Source: an uncultured virus (IMG/VR IMGVR_UViG_3300005253_000330)
Taxonomy: Duplodnaviria > Heunggongvirae > Uroviricota > Caudoviricetes
Strand: one strand, 5' to 3'
Virus record (IMG/VR): IMGVR_UViG_3300005253_000330
DNA length: 64,000 bases
Of the stretch, positions 19,608 to 28,261 are shown piece after piece; the stretch's first letter is position 1; every line of letters begins with the position of its first letter. The notes under the pieces are model-generated. The model did not search any database. It worked only from the letters and a program-made list of their open reading frames with translations, and was not told the DNA's origin. The position numbers and the translations under genes were made by a program.

Positions 19608-19868
19608 ATGCCTTGGCTTCAAAGCGACGTAAATGTAGGATATAGAATACACATCATAGAAGAGGACCGAAAACCATTAGAGAAACTCCTGGCCCAGGCG
19701 ACCGAGTATAACAGCCCCAGAATTATTTACCACCAGCAAAGAAAATTCAGCACGGAGACTATTGTGGCCACGACCAAAGAAGTGCATAGGGTTTTGAAAG
19801 AAATGGCTGAGGAGGAAGAATGGGCGCAGAAGCAAAAGATGGCAAGAGAAGCGGAGGAGATATTATGA
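19608..19868 (+). CDS. Small hypothetical protein, paralogue of 17151..17360
   Basis: Same motif pattern as 17151; SD AGGAG. Confidence 0.6.
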   Translation: MPWLQSDVNVGYRIHIIEEDRKPLEKLLAQATEYNSPRIIYHQQRKFSTETIVATTKEVHRVLKEMAEEEEWAQKQKMAREAEEIL

Positions 19869-20895
19869 AGAAAAAAAGGAGACCAATGATCAACCGTAGC
19901 GCTGGTTGGGTCAACTTCGCCTTCTGGTTCTTCCACCCAAAACTCAAAAGAGAGGACAGGGAGATTGAGGAGTTGACAAATAAGGCAGGGGCGAGGGAGT
20001 GAAGAAACGAAAAAAATGGTATCAATGCAAACGATGTAACCGAATAGTGCTCTTTGAGGATATTATGCTTCTTGGTTGTAAGCAATGTGGTGGCAGTAAT
20101 GGCTCATCAAATTATGGTTTATTGGAAGCTAAGTTTAGTCGAGGTCGCAGAAGAGACAGATTCAGAGGCACTTATTAAAAGGAGGTAAGAGATGAAGAAG
20201 AAAAGTTTAGAACTAAGTGAATTACAAGCATTCAGATTGTGGAGCCATTTAGAAGGAATTTTTTGGGGAAGAACGGTATTGATGGAAAAACTGTGGGATT
20301 TCTTTGGCGGTGAAAAGTCTAAGTATTATCAAAGTGATAGGAGGAAGAAATGAAGGAGAAAAAGAGTTTGGTAATGTGGACATCAGAGAATTGGAAACGA
20401 GATTTTGTTTATTCTAAATATGGTGGAATATGTTTGCCTGATTGGAACAAACGAAAATCAGAGGCTGTGTCCTTACTTGATGGAAAACTCGTCAAAGTCA
20501 GCGTAACCATAAAAGAAAGAAAATAACAAGGAGGCGAAGCAAATGGAAATCTATTTTATTCCGATAATGCCAAGAACTTGGCAAGAGTTTCCAACAGCAG
20601 AAAAAACTGTTAATGACCAAAGATTTGAAGATATGGTAGATAAACACATTAAAAAATACTTAAAAGCGTGGAAAGATTTAGCCAATTTATAGGAGTCGCT
20701 TTTGGAGAATACAATAAAATGGAAACTTGTAATCTTTCAAGAAATCAATACATAGCCAAAGCAATCTCAAAACGAATAAGAGAAGGGAGGTAAATAATGG
20801 AATGGAGATTCCCAGTTTTTGTGGTGGGATTTGCCTTAAACGGCTTGGGTTGGATTTTAATGGCAGTAACTTTTCTGTATGATAAGAGGTGAGAA

Positions 20896-21279
20896 ATGAA
20901 GAAGTGTTGCAAGAAGTGGAAAGAGGCTAAGGAGATAAGGATTATATATCCAGGGGGATTTACTTATAATATAGTGCGGGGATGTATCGTGAATAAAAAT
21001 GATATTCATCTCTGCCCCGAATGCGGCTCATCATTGAAAGAAGAAGTGAGTCTTGAGTCTATGATTATTAAGTATTTTAATACTACACCAAAACAAGAAA
21101 GCAAAAGGGAAATAGATAAAGAATTATTGGAGATATTGAGATGGTTTGCTGGAAAGATTAGATATTTATCAGCCGATGTAGATATAGGTGAGAGTATAAC
21201 AGAAAAGGAGTTTTGGGAAGCAGTTACGAAATATAGTGAGGAAGTAAATATAACAATGCAGAAACGCAAAAGCAAATGA
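20896..21279 (+). CDS. Hypothetical protein with zinc-binding motif
   Basis: CC...CPECG; SD GAGGTG. Confidence 0.55.
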   Translation: MKKCCKKWKEAKEIRIIYPGGFTYNIVRGCIVNKNDIHLCPECGSSLKEEVSLESMIIKYFNTTPKQESKREIDKELLEILRWFAGKIRYLSADVDIGESITEKEFWEAVTKYSEEVNITMQKRKSK

Positions 21280-21517
21280 GGAGATAGACCAACTTGAGAG
21301 GAGAGAGCCTTGAGCAAAATCGGCCCGATTCTCCATACCTTGTTAGGTAAACTTCAGGCCTTTTGGCGTGAGAACGTGCAAGTCTATGAAACAGATACTC
21401 CTAAATGGTTAATAAGGCAATGGAAAAGCAAGGCCGAGGCAAAGAGGGGGGAACTGGAGAAACAAATCAAGGAGTTAGAAGTGGTTTTGTTGACTAAACA
21501 AAAAAGGTTAACATAGA

Positions 21518-22018
21518 ATGAGTAAGAAAGAGATTACTAAAAAAGGATTAGAGCAACTTCGTAAAAAGATAGATTATAAAGATTTTGCTTTGTCAAAACC
21601 CCGAAGAAAGAAAAGGAAAAAGAAGTCTAATCTACAGAAACGGAAGGAGAACGACAATAGCAAATACTGGCGTAATAGGGCAGATAAGGAATGGTACCGG
21701 GTCCAGCATGAGATCTGGGAAAGCCGGTGTGCTATCTGTGGGAAGCTTGGGGAGATACACCACTTGATACCTAAGTCAACAAGGACTTATTCTGTCAGGC
21801 ATGCCAAAAAGAATGGAATGTGCCTCTGCGCGGATCACCACAAGTGGAATCCGGTCATCTCTGCCCATGGAAGCCCGATAAGTTTTAGTTTATGGTTGCA
21901 AGAGACTTATCCGGAACTGCATGATTGGGTATTGGAAAATAGGTGGAAACTGAAGCAACCCTATAATTTTAGGGAAGCATACTTGAGACTTATAAAAAAG
22001 AAAGAGTTGGAAAAATGA
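21518..22018 (+). CDS. HNH/NinG-like endonuclease
   Basis: CAICG...IHHLIP...NGMCLCADHH. Confidence 0.75.
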   Translation: MSKKEITKKGLEQLRKKIDYKDFALSKPRRKKRKKKSNLQKRKENDNSKYWRNRADKEWYRVQHEIWESRCAICGKLGEIHHLIPKSTRTYSVRHAKKNGMCLCADHHKWNPVISAHGSPISFSLWLQETYPELHDWVLENRWKLKQPYNFREAYLRLIKKKELEK

Positions 22019-22191
22019 CCGAGGATGCCCTTGATGTATTAAGGAAGCACTGCAAGAAGATAAAGCACGGCTCGATAAAGCCCTTCGTTATACTCAAGGA
22101 CGGGGTTGCGGTAGAGGTAAGGGTGCAGATGGGCGATGTGATGATAAAATTGAGACCAGAAAAAAAAGACTTGACAAATACGAAAAAATAG
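22015..22191 (+). CDS. 58-aa YezD/DUF2292-like protein (not in the ORF track)
   Basis: MTEDALDVLRKHCKKIKHGSIKPFVILKDGVAVEVRVQ...; ATGA coupling to the HNH gene. Family resemblance judged by eye. Confidence 0.5.
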   Translation: MTEDALDVLRKHCKKIKHGSIKPFVILKDGVAVEVRVQMGDVMIKLRPEKKDLTNTKK

Positions 22192-22199
22192 TATATTCT
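22171..22199 (+). promoter_or_regulatory. Sigma70 promoter for the packaging/late operon
   Basis: TTGACA-17 nt-TATTCT. Confidence 0.7.
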
Positions 22200-22275
22200 A
22201 CTATAAACAATAGAGACTGAGCCTAATAAAGGCAGGTTGTAGTTCGCTGACTAACTGACTCAAGAACTGAGAGGT

Positions 22276-22309
22276 GGCCAGCATTCCGAAAGGAGTGTTG
22301 GCCTTTTTT
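22276..22309 (+). terminator. Intrinsic terminator in the late leader
   Basis: GGCCAGCATTCC-GAAA-GGAGTGTTGGCC-TTTTTT. Confidence 0.85.
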
Positions 22310-22582
22310 ATTAGGAGGAATTATGAAACTAAAAGATTGGGAAGCATTTCAAAAGTATAGAGATAAGAGGTTAAAGAAAGTAATTGATTCAAAAGAATAT
22401 AAAGAGATATACAAGCGAAGAAATGAAGCATTAAAAGTAGATACTGCTCATTTGGACTATTATCGTTTTGTTTATCCATTAACAGAAACATTATTAGATG
22501 CCCAAGAAAACCTTTTGATGATGGAAGTCCCCGAAAATACAGTAGAGGGTTGTTTAAATTGGTTGGTTGGGAGAAAGAAACA

Positions 22583-22990
22583 ATGACTGAGAACTTGCCC
22601 GCTAAAAAAGAAAAAATAATAAAGAAAAGAAGATTAAATCCTAAACAAGAACTCTTCTGTCAACTCTATGCGAGTGACGAGGAGTTTTTTGGTAATGGGG
22701 TTAAAAGTTATAAGAAAGCATATAAAATGGATGATTATAAAAGTGCTATGGTTTTAGCCTCAAATCTGTTAAGAAATATTAAGATATTAGATAGAATAAA
22801 TGTTTTGATGGATATAGTGATAAATAATGTGGTGGTGGACAAAGAACTCGCTTTTGTAATCAAACAAAAAGAAAATCTTCCGGCAAAAGTCTCGGCGATC
22901 AAAGAATACAATGTACTGAAAGGCAGAATAATCCAGAAGATAGAAAAAGAAGAAAGAATACTGATAATCAATCTTCATAAGGATGCGTGA
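22583..22990 (+). CDS. terS: Terminase small subunit
   Basis: LNPKQELFCQLY...GNGVKSY..AY...ASNLLRN..I HTH, upstream of TerL. Confidence 0.8.
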   Translation: MTENLPAKKEKIIKKRRLNPKQELFCQLYASDEEFFGNGVKSYKKAYKMDDYKSAMVLASNLLRNIKILDRINVLMDIVINNVVVDKELAFVIKQKENLPAKVSAIKEYNVLKGRIIQKIEKEERILIINLHKDA

Positions 22991-23879
22991 TGAGAGATAG
23001 ACAAACTATTTTAAGGCATCGGTCTTTGCACTATGAAAACCCACAAGTATCTTTATTAAATATTTGTGTGGAAGTTTTGCTTGACATTAGAGACTTGCTC
23101 ATAATGAATCAAGTAGTCTTTACTATTCCCAGTAATCCAAAGCGTGACGAGGAAATAGCCAAAATCCTCTCGACAATCGCCTCTAATACCCCTAAAAAGA
23201 GAAAGGAAGGGTAAGGTATGGCTAAGATTTCGAGGGTAAGACGATTACGACAAATTGTTAGAGACGATGAATTATATCTAAAAAAGTATGGTTCAGGACT
23301 CTCCAAAATGGGCCGACTGCAATGTCGTTACTGGTATTATCTTGCACTAATCAAACTCCAAATCGGATATGACTATGATATAGAGAGTGGTAAGTGGAGC
23401 AGAAAAAATGGCCTTTGATTATTTATGAACAAACGAGCATCTTTTATTAAGTATTTACAAGGTTTTAAGACAAATGAGCAACAAATCAGACTATTCTTAA
23501 TCATTCAATAATAGACTTTCGAGGGTGAGGGTCAATGTCCGATAACGTGTCATCTGTCAACTTGGAGGAGAAAATGGGTAAGGTTTTGAGGGAAGAAGAC
23601 AATTATAGCAAATTCTATGACCAAGTTTATGGTCGTGATAATCCAAAAGGCAAAGCATCGGGTTGGATACAATGGAAAGGGACTGATGTCTGTATAGATT
23701 TAGTTTGTGAGTGTGGTGAAAGAAACCACTTTGATGGTGACTTTTTCTACTTTTATCAATGTCAGAAGTGCTTAAGAATATATGCAGTAGGGCAAAACAT
23801 TAAATTGATTAAGTTATCTGCAGAAGAAATCAAACTTGGTGATCTTGAAAATTGGCAATATAAAGTGGGACAGGATTAA

Positions 23880-25322
23880 ATGGACTGGAAAGACCTCTGG
23901 CACCCGACAGACAGACAGATAGAAGCCCACAAGGCGGTGAAGAAGTATAAGTTTTTACTATATGGCGGAGCAGTAGGTGGTGGCAAGTCATACTTCTTGA
24001 GATGGGAGACGCTTTATTTACTGCTATACTTCTTTAACAAATACAAAATCACGGATATCGTGGCCGGGTTGTTTTGCGAGGATTACCCAAGCCTTAAAGA
24101 CCGCCAGTTATCTAAAATAAGAAAGGAGTTTCCTTTGGAGATAGGAAGGCATCACGCAGATCACAAGGAATACGGGAACTGCTTCTTGCTTAACCCGGGA
24201 TATGGTAGTGGAGTAGTGGCCTTTAGAAACCTCGATGACCCTTCAAAGTATGTGTCAGCCGAGTTTGCTGTGGTTGCCATTGATGAACTCACCAAGAACA
24301 AGAAGCAGGTCTTTGATGAACTAAGACACAGATTAAGATGGCCGGGGATACCTGATGTCAAGTTTATATCAGGTTCTAACCCAGGAAGCATAGGCCACGG
24401 CTGGGTCAAGAAGATGTGGTTCGACGGGACATTTGAACCTGGCGAGGAAGAAGCTCATCTCTTCCACTTCGTCAGGGCGTTGGCAACTGACAATCCTCAT
24501 TTAGACCCAAGTTACTATGCCACATTAAGCGGTCTTCCCCCGGATTTGAAAGCGGCCTTAAAAGACGGTAATTGGGACAGGTTCGCAGGCCAGTTCTTCA
24601 ATGAATGGGACCGAACCATACACGGAGAATGTCCTTTGATTAAAGGCCAATGCAACGAGATAATAGGCATAGACTACGGATACGAGAAACCTTCAAGCGT
24701 GGGTTGGTATAAGATAGGAATAGATGGGAAACTTACCAGATACAACGAACTTTACCAAACAGGACTGACCTACACTATGCTGGCTAAGAAGATTATAGAG
24801 ATGACAGAGGTTGACGATGAACTTAAATACCCAATCAATCTTGAATACATAGTAGCCGACCCTTCAATATGGAATGACAGAGCACATCATAAAGATGCCT
24901 TGATAGGAGAGTCCGGCGCCGAGACGATGCAGAGGATATTCAATGAGGCCTGGGGGGTCAGCAGAATTGTTCTGGTGCAGGGGGATAATAACAGAGTGGT
25001 GGGATGGGGCAGGTGCAGGGAATACTTGAAACCCTACAAAGACCAGCACGACCAAAAGACAGCCAAGTTCGGAGTAACGAGGAATTGCACCGAGTTCAAT
25101 AGGTCTTTCCCAGATTTGGTATTCTCCAAGACAAGGCAAGGAGATGTGGACACAACAGGCGAGGATCACGCAGGTGACGAGTTCAGGTATGTGGTGATGT
25201 CCCGCCCTGAAACTCCCACTCCTCCGTCTAAACACCATATACCCACCACAGAAGAACTGATACGAAAGAGGGTCAGGGACAGTCTGACAAAGAAGAAAGA
25301 GCCGAAGATAATAGGGATGTAA
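23880..25322 (+). CDS. terL: Terminase large subunit
   Basis: Walker A GGAVGGGKS, Walker B VAIDE, SNPG motif, nuclease motifs IGIDYG and DHAGDEFRY. Confidence 0.95.
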   Translation: MDWKDLWHPTDRQIEAHKAVKKYKFLLYGGAVGGGKSYFLRWETLYLLLYFFNKYKITDIVAGLFCEDYPSLKDRQLSKIRKEFPLEIGRHHADHKEYGNCFLLNPGYGSGVVAFRNLDDPSKYVSAEFAVVAIDELTKNKKQVFDELRHRLRWPGIPDVKFISGSNPGSIGHGWVKKMWFDGTFEPGEEEAHLFHFVRALATDNPHLDPSYYATLSGLPPDLKAALKDGNWDRFAGQFFNEWDRTIHGECPLIKGQCNEIIGIDYGYEKPSSVGWYKIGIDGKLTRYNELYQTGLTYTMLAKKIIEMTEVDDELKYPINLEYIVADPSIWNDRAHHKDALIGESGAETMQRIFNEAWGVSRIVLVQGDNNRVVGWGRCREYLKPYKDQHDQKTAKFGVTRNCTEFNRSFPDLVFSKTRQGDVDTTGEDHAGDEFRYVVMSRPETPTPPSKHHIPTTEELIRKRVRDSLTKKKEPKIIGM

Positions 25323-25602
25323 AAGATGCTACGAAAACAGATAAAAGAAAGTGATTGTTTGGAATATGGTTACCCCAAATATTACGGGTTTGTATATCAA
25401 ATTTACGAAGATAAGCATAAACCTTCTTGGGCACAAAAGCCAACTGGCGTTCTCGTTTTTTATCTTATACCCTTTGACTATCTTGTAAGATTCTTTATTC
25501 ATTGTCAATTGAATATTCTAATAATGATTACTCGGATTCCAGTAAAAATAAAAAGAAAGTGCCGACCGTATCTTTGAAAGATAATAAGGAGGTGATTAAC
25601 AA

Positions 25603-25821
25603 ATGAAGAAGTTAGTAATCGTGTTACTGGCCTTGATGCTGGCTGGCTGTGTTTCAACCAAGAAATACAAGCAACTTGACAGAGTAACTTTAAGCCACAT
25701 CCAGTTAAGAAATCAGATTATATCTGAACTGGTGAACGCCAAGACCGAAGAAGAAAAGCAGAAAGTGATTAAGAAGTATGGTATCAAGATAACACAACCC
25801 GACCTTGATGACCGAGGTTAA
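25603..25821 (+). CDS. Small lipoprotein
   Basis: MKK, hydrophobic stretch, LAG-C lipobox. Confidence 0.65.
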   Translation: MKKLVIVLLALMLAGCVSTKKYKQLDRVTLSHIQLRNQIISELVNAKTEEEKQKVIKKYGIKITQPDLDDRG

Positions 25822-26330
25822 GGAGGAGACCAATGGATAAGTTAGTAGAACTAAAGGCTCAGATTTACGACATCATCGTGGAGAAAGAGAAACTGATGAA
25901 AGATTATCGGCAACTGAATGAAAAGCAAGCATTGTTGCAGAAACAGATACAAGTAGGAGAGAAACCAAATTAAAATGAAAGAACTGCGAAACACCTTTGA
26001 GAACATACTTGAGATGCAAACTGCGATATACAGAAAATTGCTTGATATGGAAGAAGGTCGCACAAGAAGAACACTCAAGCATTTCTGGTGGAAGTTCGAA
26101 GAGGCTTTCAAGGTTGAATATCCCAGAAAACCTCGTGGCCTTTGTTATTCTTGGGAATACGAAGGTCGGTGGTGGCAATTCGGGAAAAAGTTGACAATTT
26201 ACTTATTCAGACTTGCCATCCAGTTTACTAAGCCACCCAAGATATACATTAGGAGGGAGGAGAAATGAAAAACATAATAAAAAGGTGGCTTGGCATAAAC
26301 ACCAGGGAATCCCTATATTAAGGAGGCAAA

Positions 26331-26633
26331 ATGATTTACATTAGCGGGGTGCTTTTAACTGGAGGATTATTCGTGCTGATCGTGGTCCAAGGTCTTCAGT
26401 CATTTTTTGAACGCAGGAAGTTCTTGACCCTCATAGACCGACTTACCGACAAAGTAATGAGCCGAGACTATCGAGACTATGTCTGGGGTCAAGATATGAA
26501 GAAAGGAGTCCCGCCACCTACCTTTAGAGACAGAAGCGATGAGGCGGAGGCGAGGATTGAAGAAGAGAACAAGAGAGCAACGGAACTGGTCAAGAAAGCG
26601 GGGGGATTGAGCAAGCAGTTGGAGGTGAAGTAA
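26331..26633 (+). CDS. Membrane-anchored hypothetical protein
   Basis: N-terminal transmembrane helix; SD AGGAGG. Confidence 0.5.
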   Translation: MIYISGVLLTGGLFVLIVVQGLQSFFERRKFLTLIDRLTDKVMSRDYRDYVWGQDMKKGVPPPTFRDRSDEAEARIEEENKRATELVKKAGGLSKQLEVK

Positions 26634-27061
26634 TGGACACTTCAAAAGAATATGTAAAGATGTGTGACAAAGCGGAGGAGATACAGAATAATAAGTGGTT
26701 GAAATTGAAATGCTTTTATGGGGGAAAATATCCTTGGAATGAGGGGGATATGTTTTTCTCGAAAGACAAGGTATATGTGTATAATGATTGTTCGCTTAGT
26801 GAAGGTTTTATTGACCCACAGGCTTATGATAGAAAAGGTGTTTGGCTCCCCCGCCAAGACCAGTTGCAAGAGATGTTACCGAAAAGATATGCCACTATTC
26901 ATGCCAAGATTGGTCATTTTGGGAAATGGTTAAGAGACAATGACGAATACTTAGAAAATGCTTTTTGTGGAAACGAGTCAATGGAACAACTCTGGCTCGC
27001 TTTCGTGATGAAAGAGAAATACAACAAGATTTGGAACGGTGAGGGATGGATAAAGGAATGA
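26633..27061 (+). CDS. Conserved phage hypothetical protein
   Basis: MDTSKEYVKMC...WLPRQDQLQEM...SMEQLWLAFVM motif. Confidence 0.65.
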   Translation: MDTSKEYVKMCDKAEEIQNNKWLKLKCFYGGKYPWNEGDMFFSKDKVYVYNDCSLSEGFIDPQAYDRKGVWLPRQDQLQEMLPKRYATIHAKIGHFGKWLRDNDEYLENAFCGNESMEQLWLAFVMKEKYNKIWNGEGWIKE

Positions 27062-27207
27062 ACAAACCCCTACTCTGTAAAAAGTGTGGAAGAGAACTGC
27101 CCCACGAAGTCATCTACGGCACTGTGAAGATAAAATGTAAATGTGGATATATGAATGTGTTTCAAGCAGGGCACTGGTGGCCAGAGAAAGTAATGGGAAG
27201 GGAATAA
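27058..27207 (+). CDS. Com-like zinc-finger regulator, 49 aa (not in the ORF track)
   Basis: LLCKKCGREL...TVKIKCKCGYMN resembles the Mu Com pattern; translationally coupled on both sides. Confidence 0.55.
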   Translation: MNKPLLCKKCGRELPHEVIYGTVKIKCKCGYMNVFQAGHWWPEKVMGRE

Positions 27208-27413
27208 TGGCTGACTGCAAATATATGATGGCTCACCCCTTTGACTGGCTGAAACAAATGATGAAGTTCAAACACGACAAGAGGCTGACGAACCTAAAAG
27301 AAGAGGGTTTCAATGGCTATATCCAGTTGAACTTCTTCAAAGGTCATTTGGTCGATGCCAACCGCTATGACACTATAAAACCGGAAGATATAAAAATAGG
27401 GGGGACTGGCTGA
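27207..27413 (+). CDS. Small YezD/DUF2292-like protein
   Basis: FNGYIQLNFFKGHLVDANRYDTIK beta-hairpin pattern; TAATG coupling to the preceding gene. Confidence 0.45.
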   Translation: MADCKYMMAHPFDWLKQMMKFKHDKRLTNLKEEGFNGYIQLNFFKGHLVDANRYDTIKPEDIKIGGTG

Positions 27414-27710
27414 ATGGAGGTGATAAGAAGTGTATACAGTAAAGATTGACAAAGTGGAAAATGGGTTCATTGTGAGGGCAGGATGCAAAAACTTCGTCTT
27501 TCAAACTTATAAGCGATTGGAAAAGGAACTCAAGAAGTATTTGGAAGACCCCGAGGGTTACATCAAGAAGCATAGGTATGGCGAGTGTGCGGAATCACCA
27601 GCAGTTATCGGGCCTACTCAGACAGATGTTGTTGTTGGCACTCAAGATTATGTGACTGAGACTACTACTGATGGGAGTTCTGTAGTAACTGTTAGCCAAA
27701 GATAAATAAC

Positions 27711-27823
27711 GGGGGTTGGGGATTAGCCAGGTATCGGGATTGGTATATACCAACGCAGGATTGACCCAACCATAAAGGGCGTTGCAGTTCGCTACTGCTG
27801 AAATCCAATTCTGTCCAACCCCC
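27711..27823 (+). ncRNA. Intergenic multi-stem structured element
   Basis: GGGGGTTGG/CCAACCCCC closing stem; inner GGATT/AATCC, CAACGC/GCGTTG and GCAG/CTGC stems. Confidence 0.4.
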
Positions 27824-27863
27824 TCCAAACTTAATACCTTAACAGGACAATCCTGAATAAGTG

Positions 27864-27900
27864 AAGCCTGTTGGTTCTAATGAACCAATGGGCTTTTTTT
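27864..27900 (+). terminator. Intrinsic terminator overlapped by an upstream antiterminator-like hairpin
   Basis: AAGCCTGTTGGTTC-TAAT-GAACCAATGGGCTT followed by a T-run; AACAGG (27841) can pair with CCTGTT. Confidence 0.75.
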
Positions 27901-27901
27901 A

Positions 27902-28219
27902 TTGGAGGTGACAAGAATGCAGAGAACTTGGGTAGATAGCGAAGGAAACAGAGGAAGGATTATCTTATTTTCCGAATTGCCCGACGATGCGGTTGACAAC
28001 CTACAAATAGAACATAAATTATCCCGAATGCCCCAGACCTTTCTGAAAGAGGAACATCTCAAATGCCTGACCCTGAAGCAGTTGGAAGTGATAACTATGC
28101 GGTTCTGGGGGGATATGGAAGTGAAAGAGATTGCCAAGAGGATAGGGATAACAAGTGACGCAGTATATCGGAGACTAAGAGGGGCGTATAAAAGACTTAG
28201 TATCGAGATAAACCTCTAA
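27902..28219 (+). CDS. Sigma70 region-4-like HTH regulator
   Basis: LTLKQLEVITMRFW..MEVKEIAKRIGITSDAVYRRLRGAYKRL; the true start is probably the ATG near 27917. Confidence 0.75.
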   Translation: MEVTRMQRTWVDSEGNRGRIILFSELPDDAVDNLQIEHKLSRMPQTFLKEEHLKCLTLKQLEVITMRFWGDMEVKEIAKRIGITSDAVYRRLRGAYKRLSIEINL

Positions 28220-28261
28220 TAATTTGCATAAGGTAGGGAAGTGTGTAATTAAGGAGTTCCT

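Noticed and set aside
19999..20895. Apparent non-coding gap in the ORF track
   Set aside because: It is filled with several short (<60 aa) SD-led ORFs typical of phage early regions.
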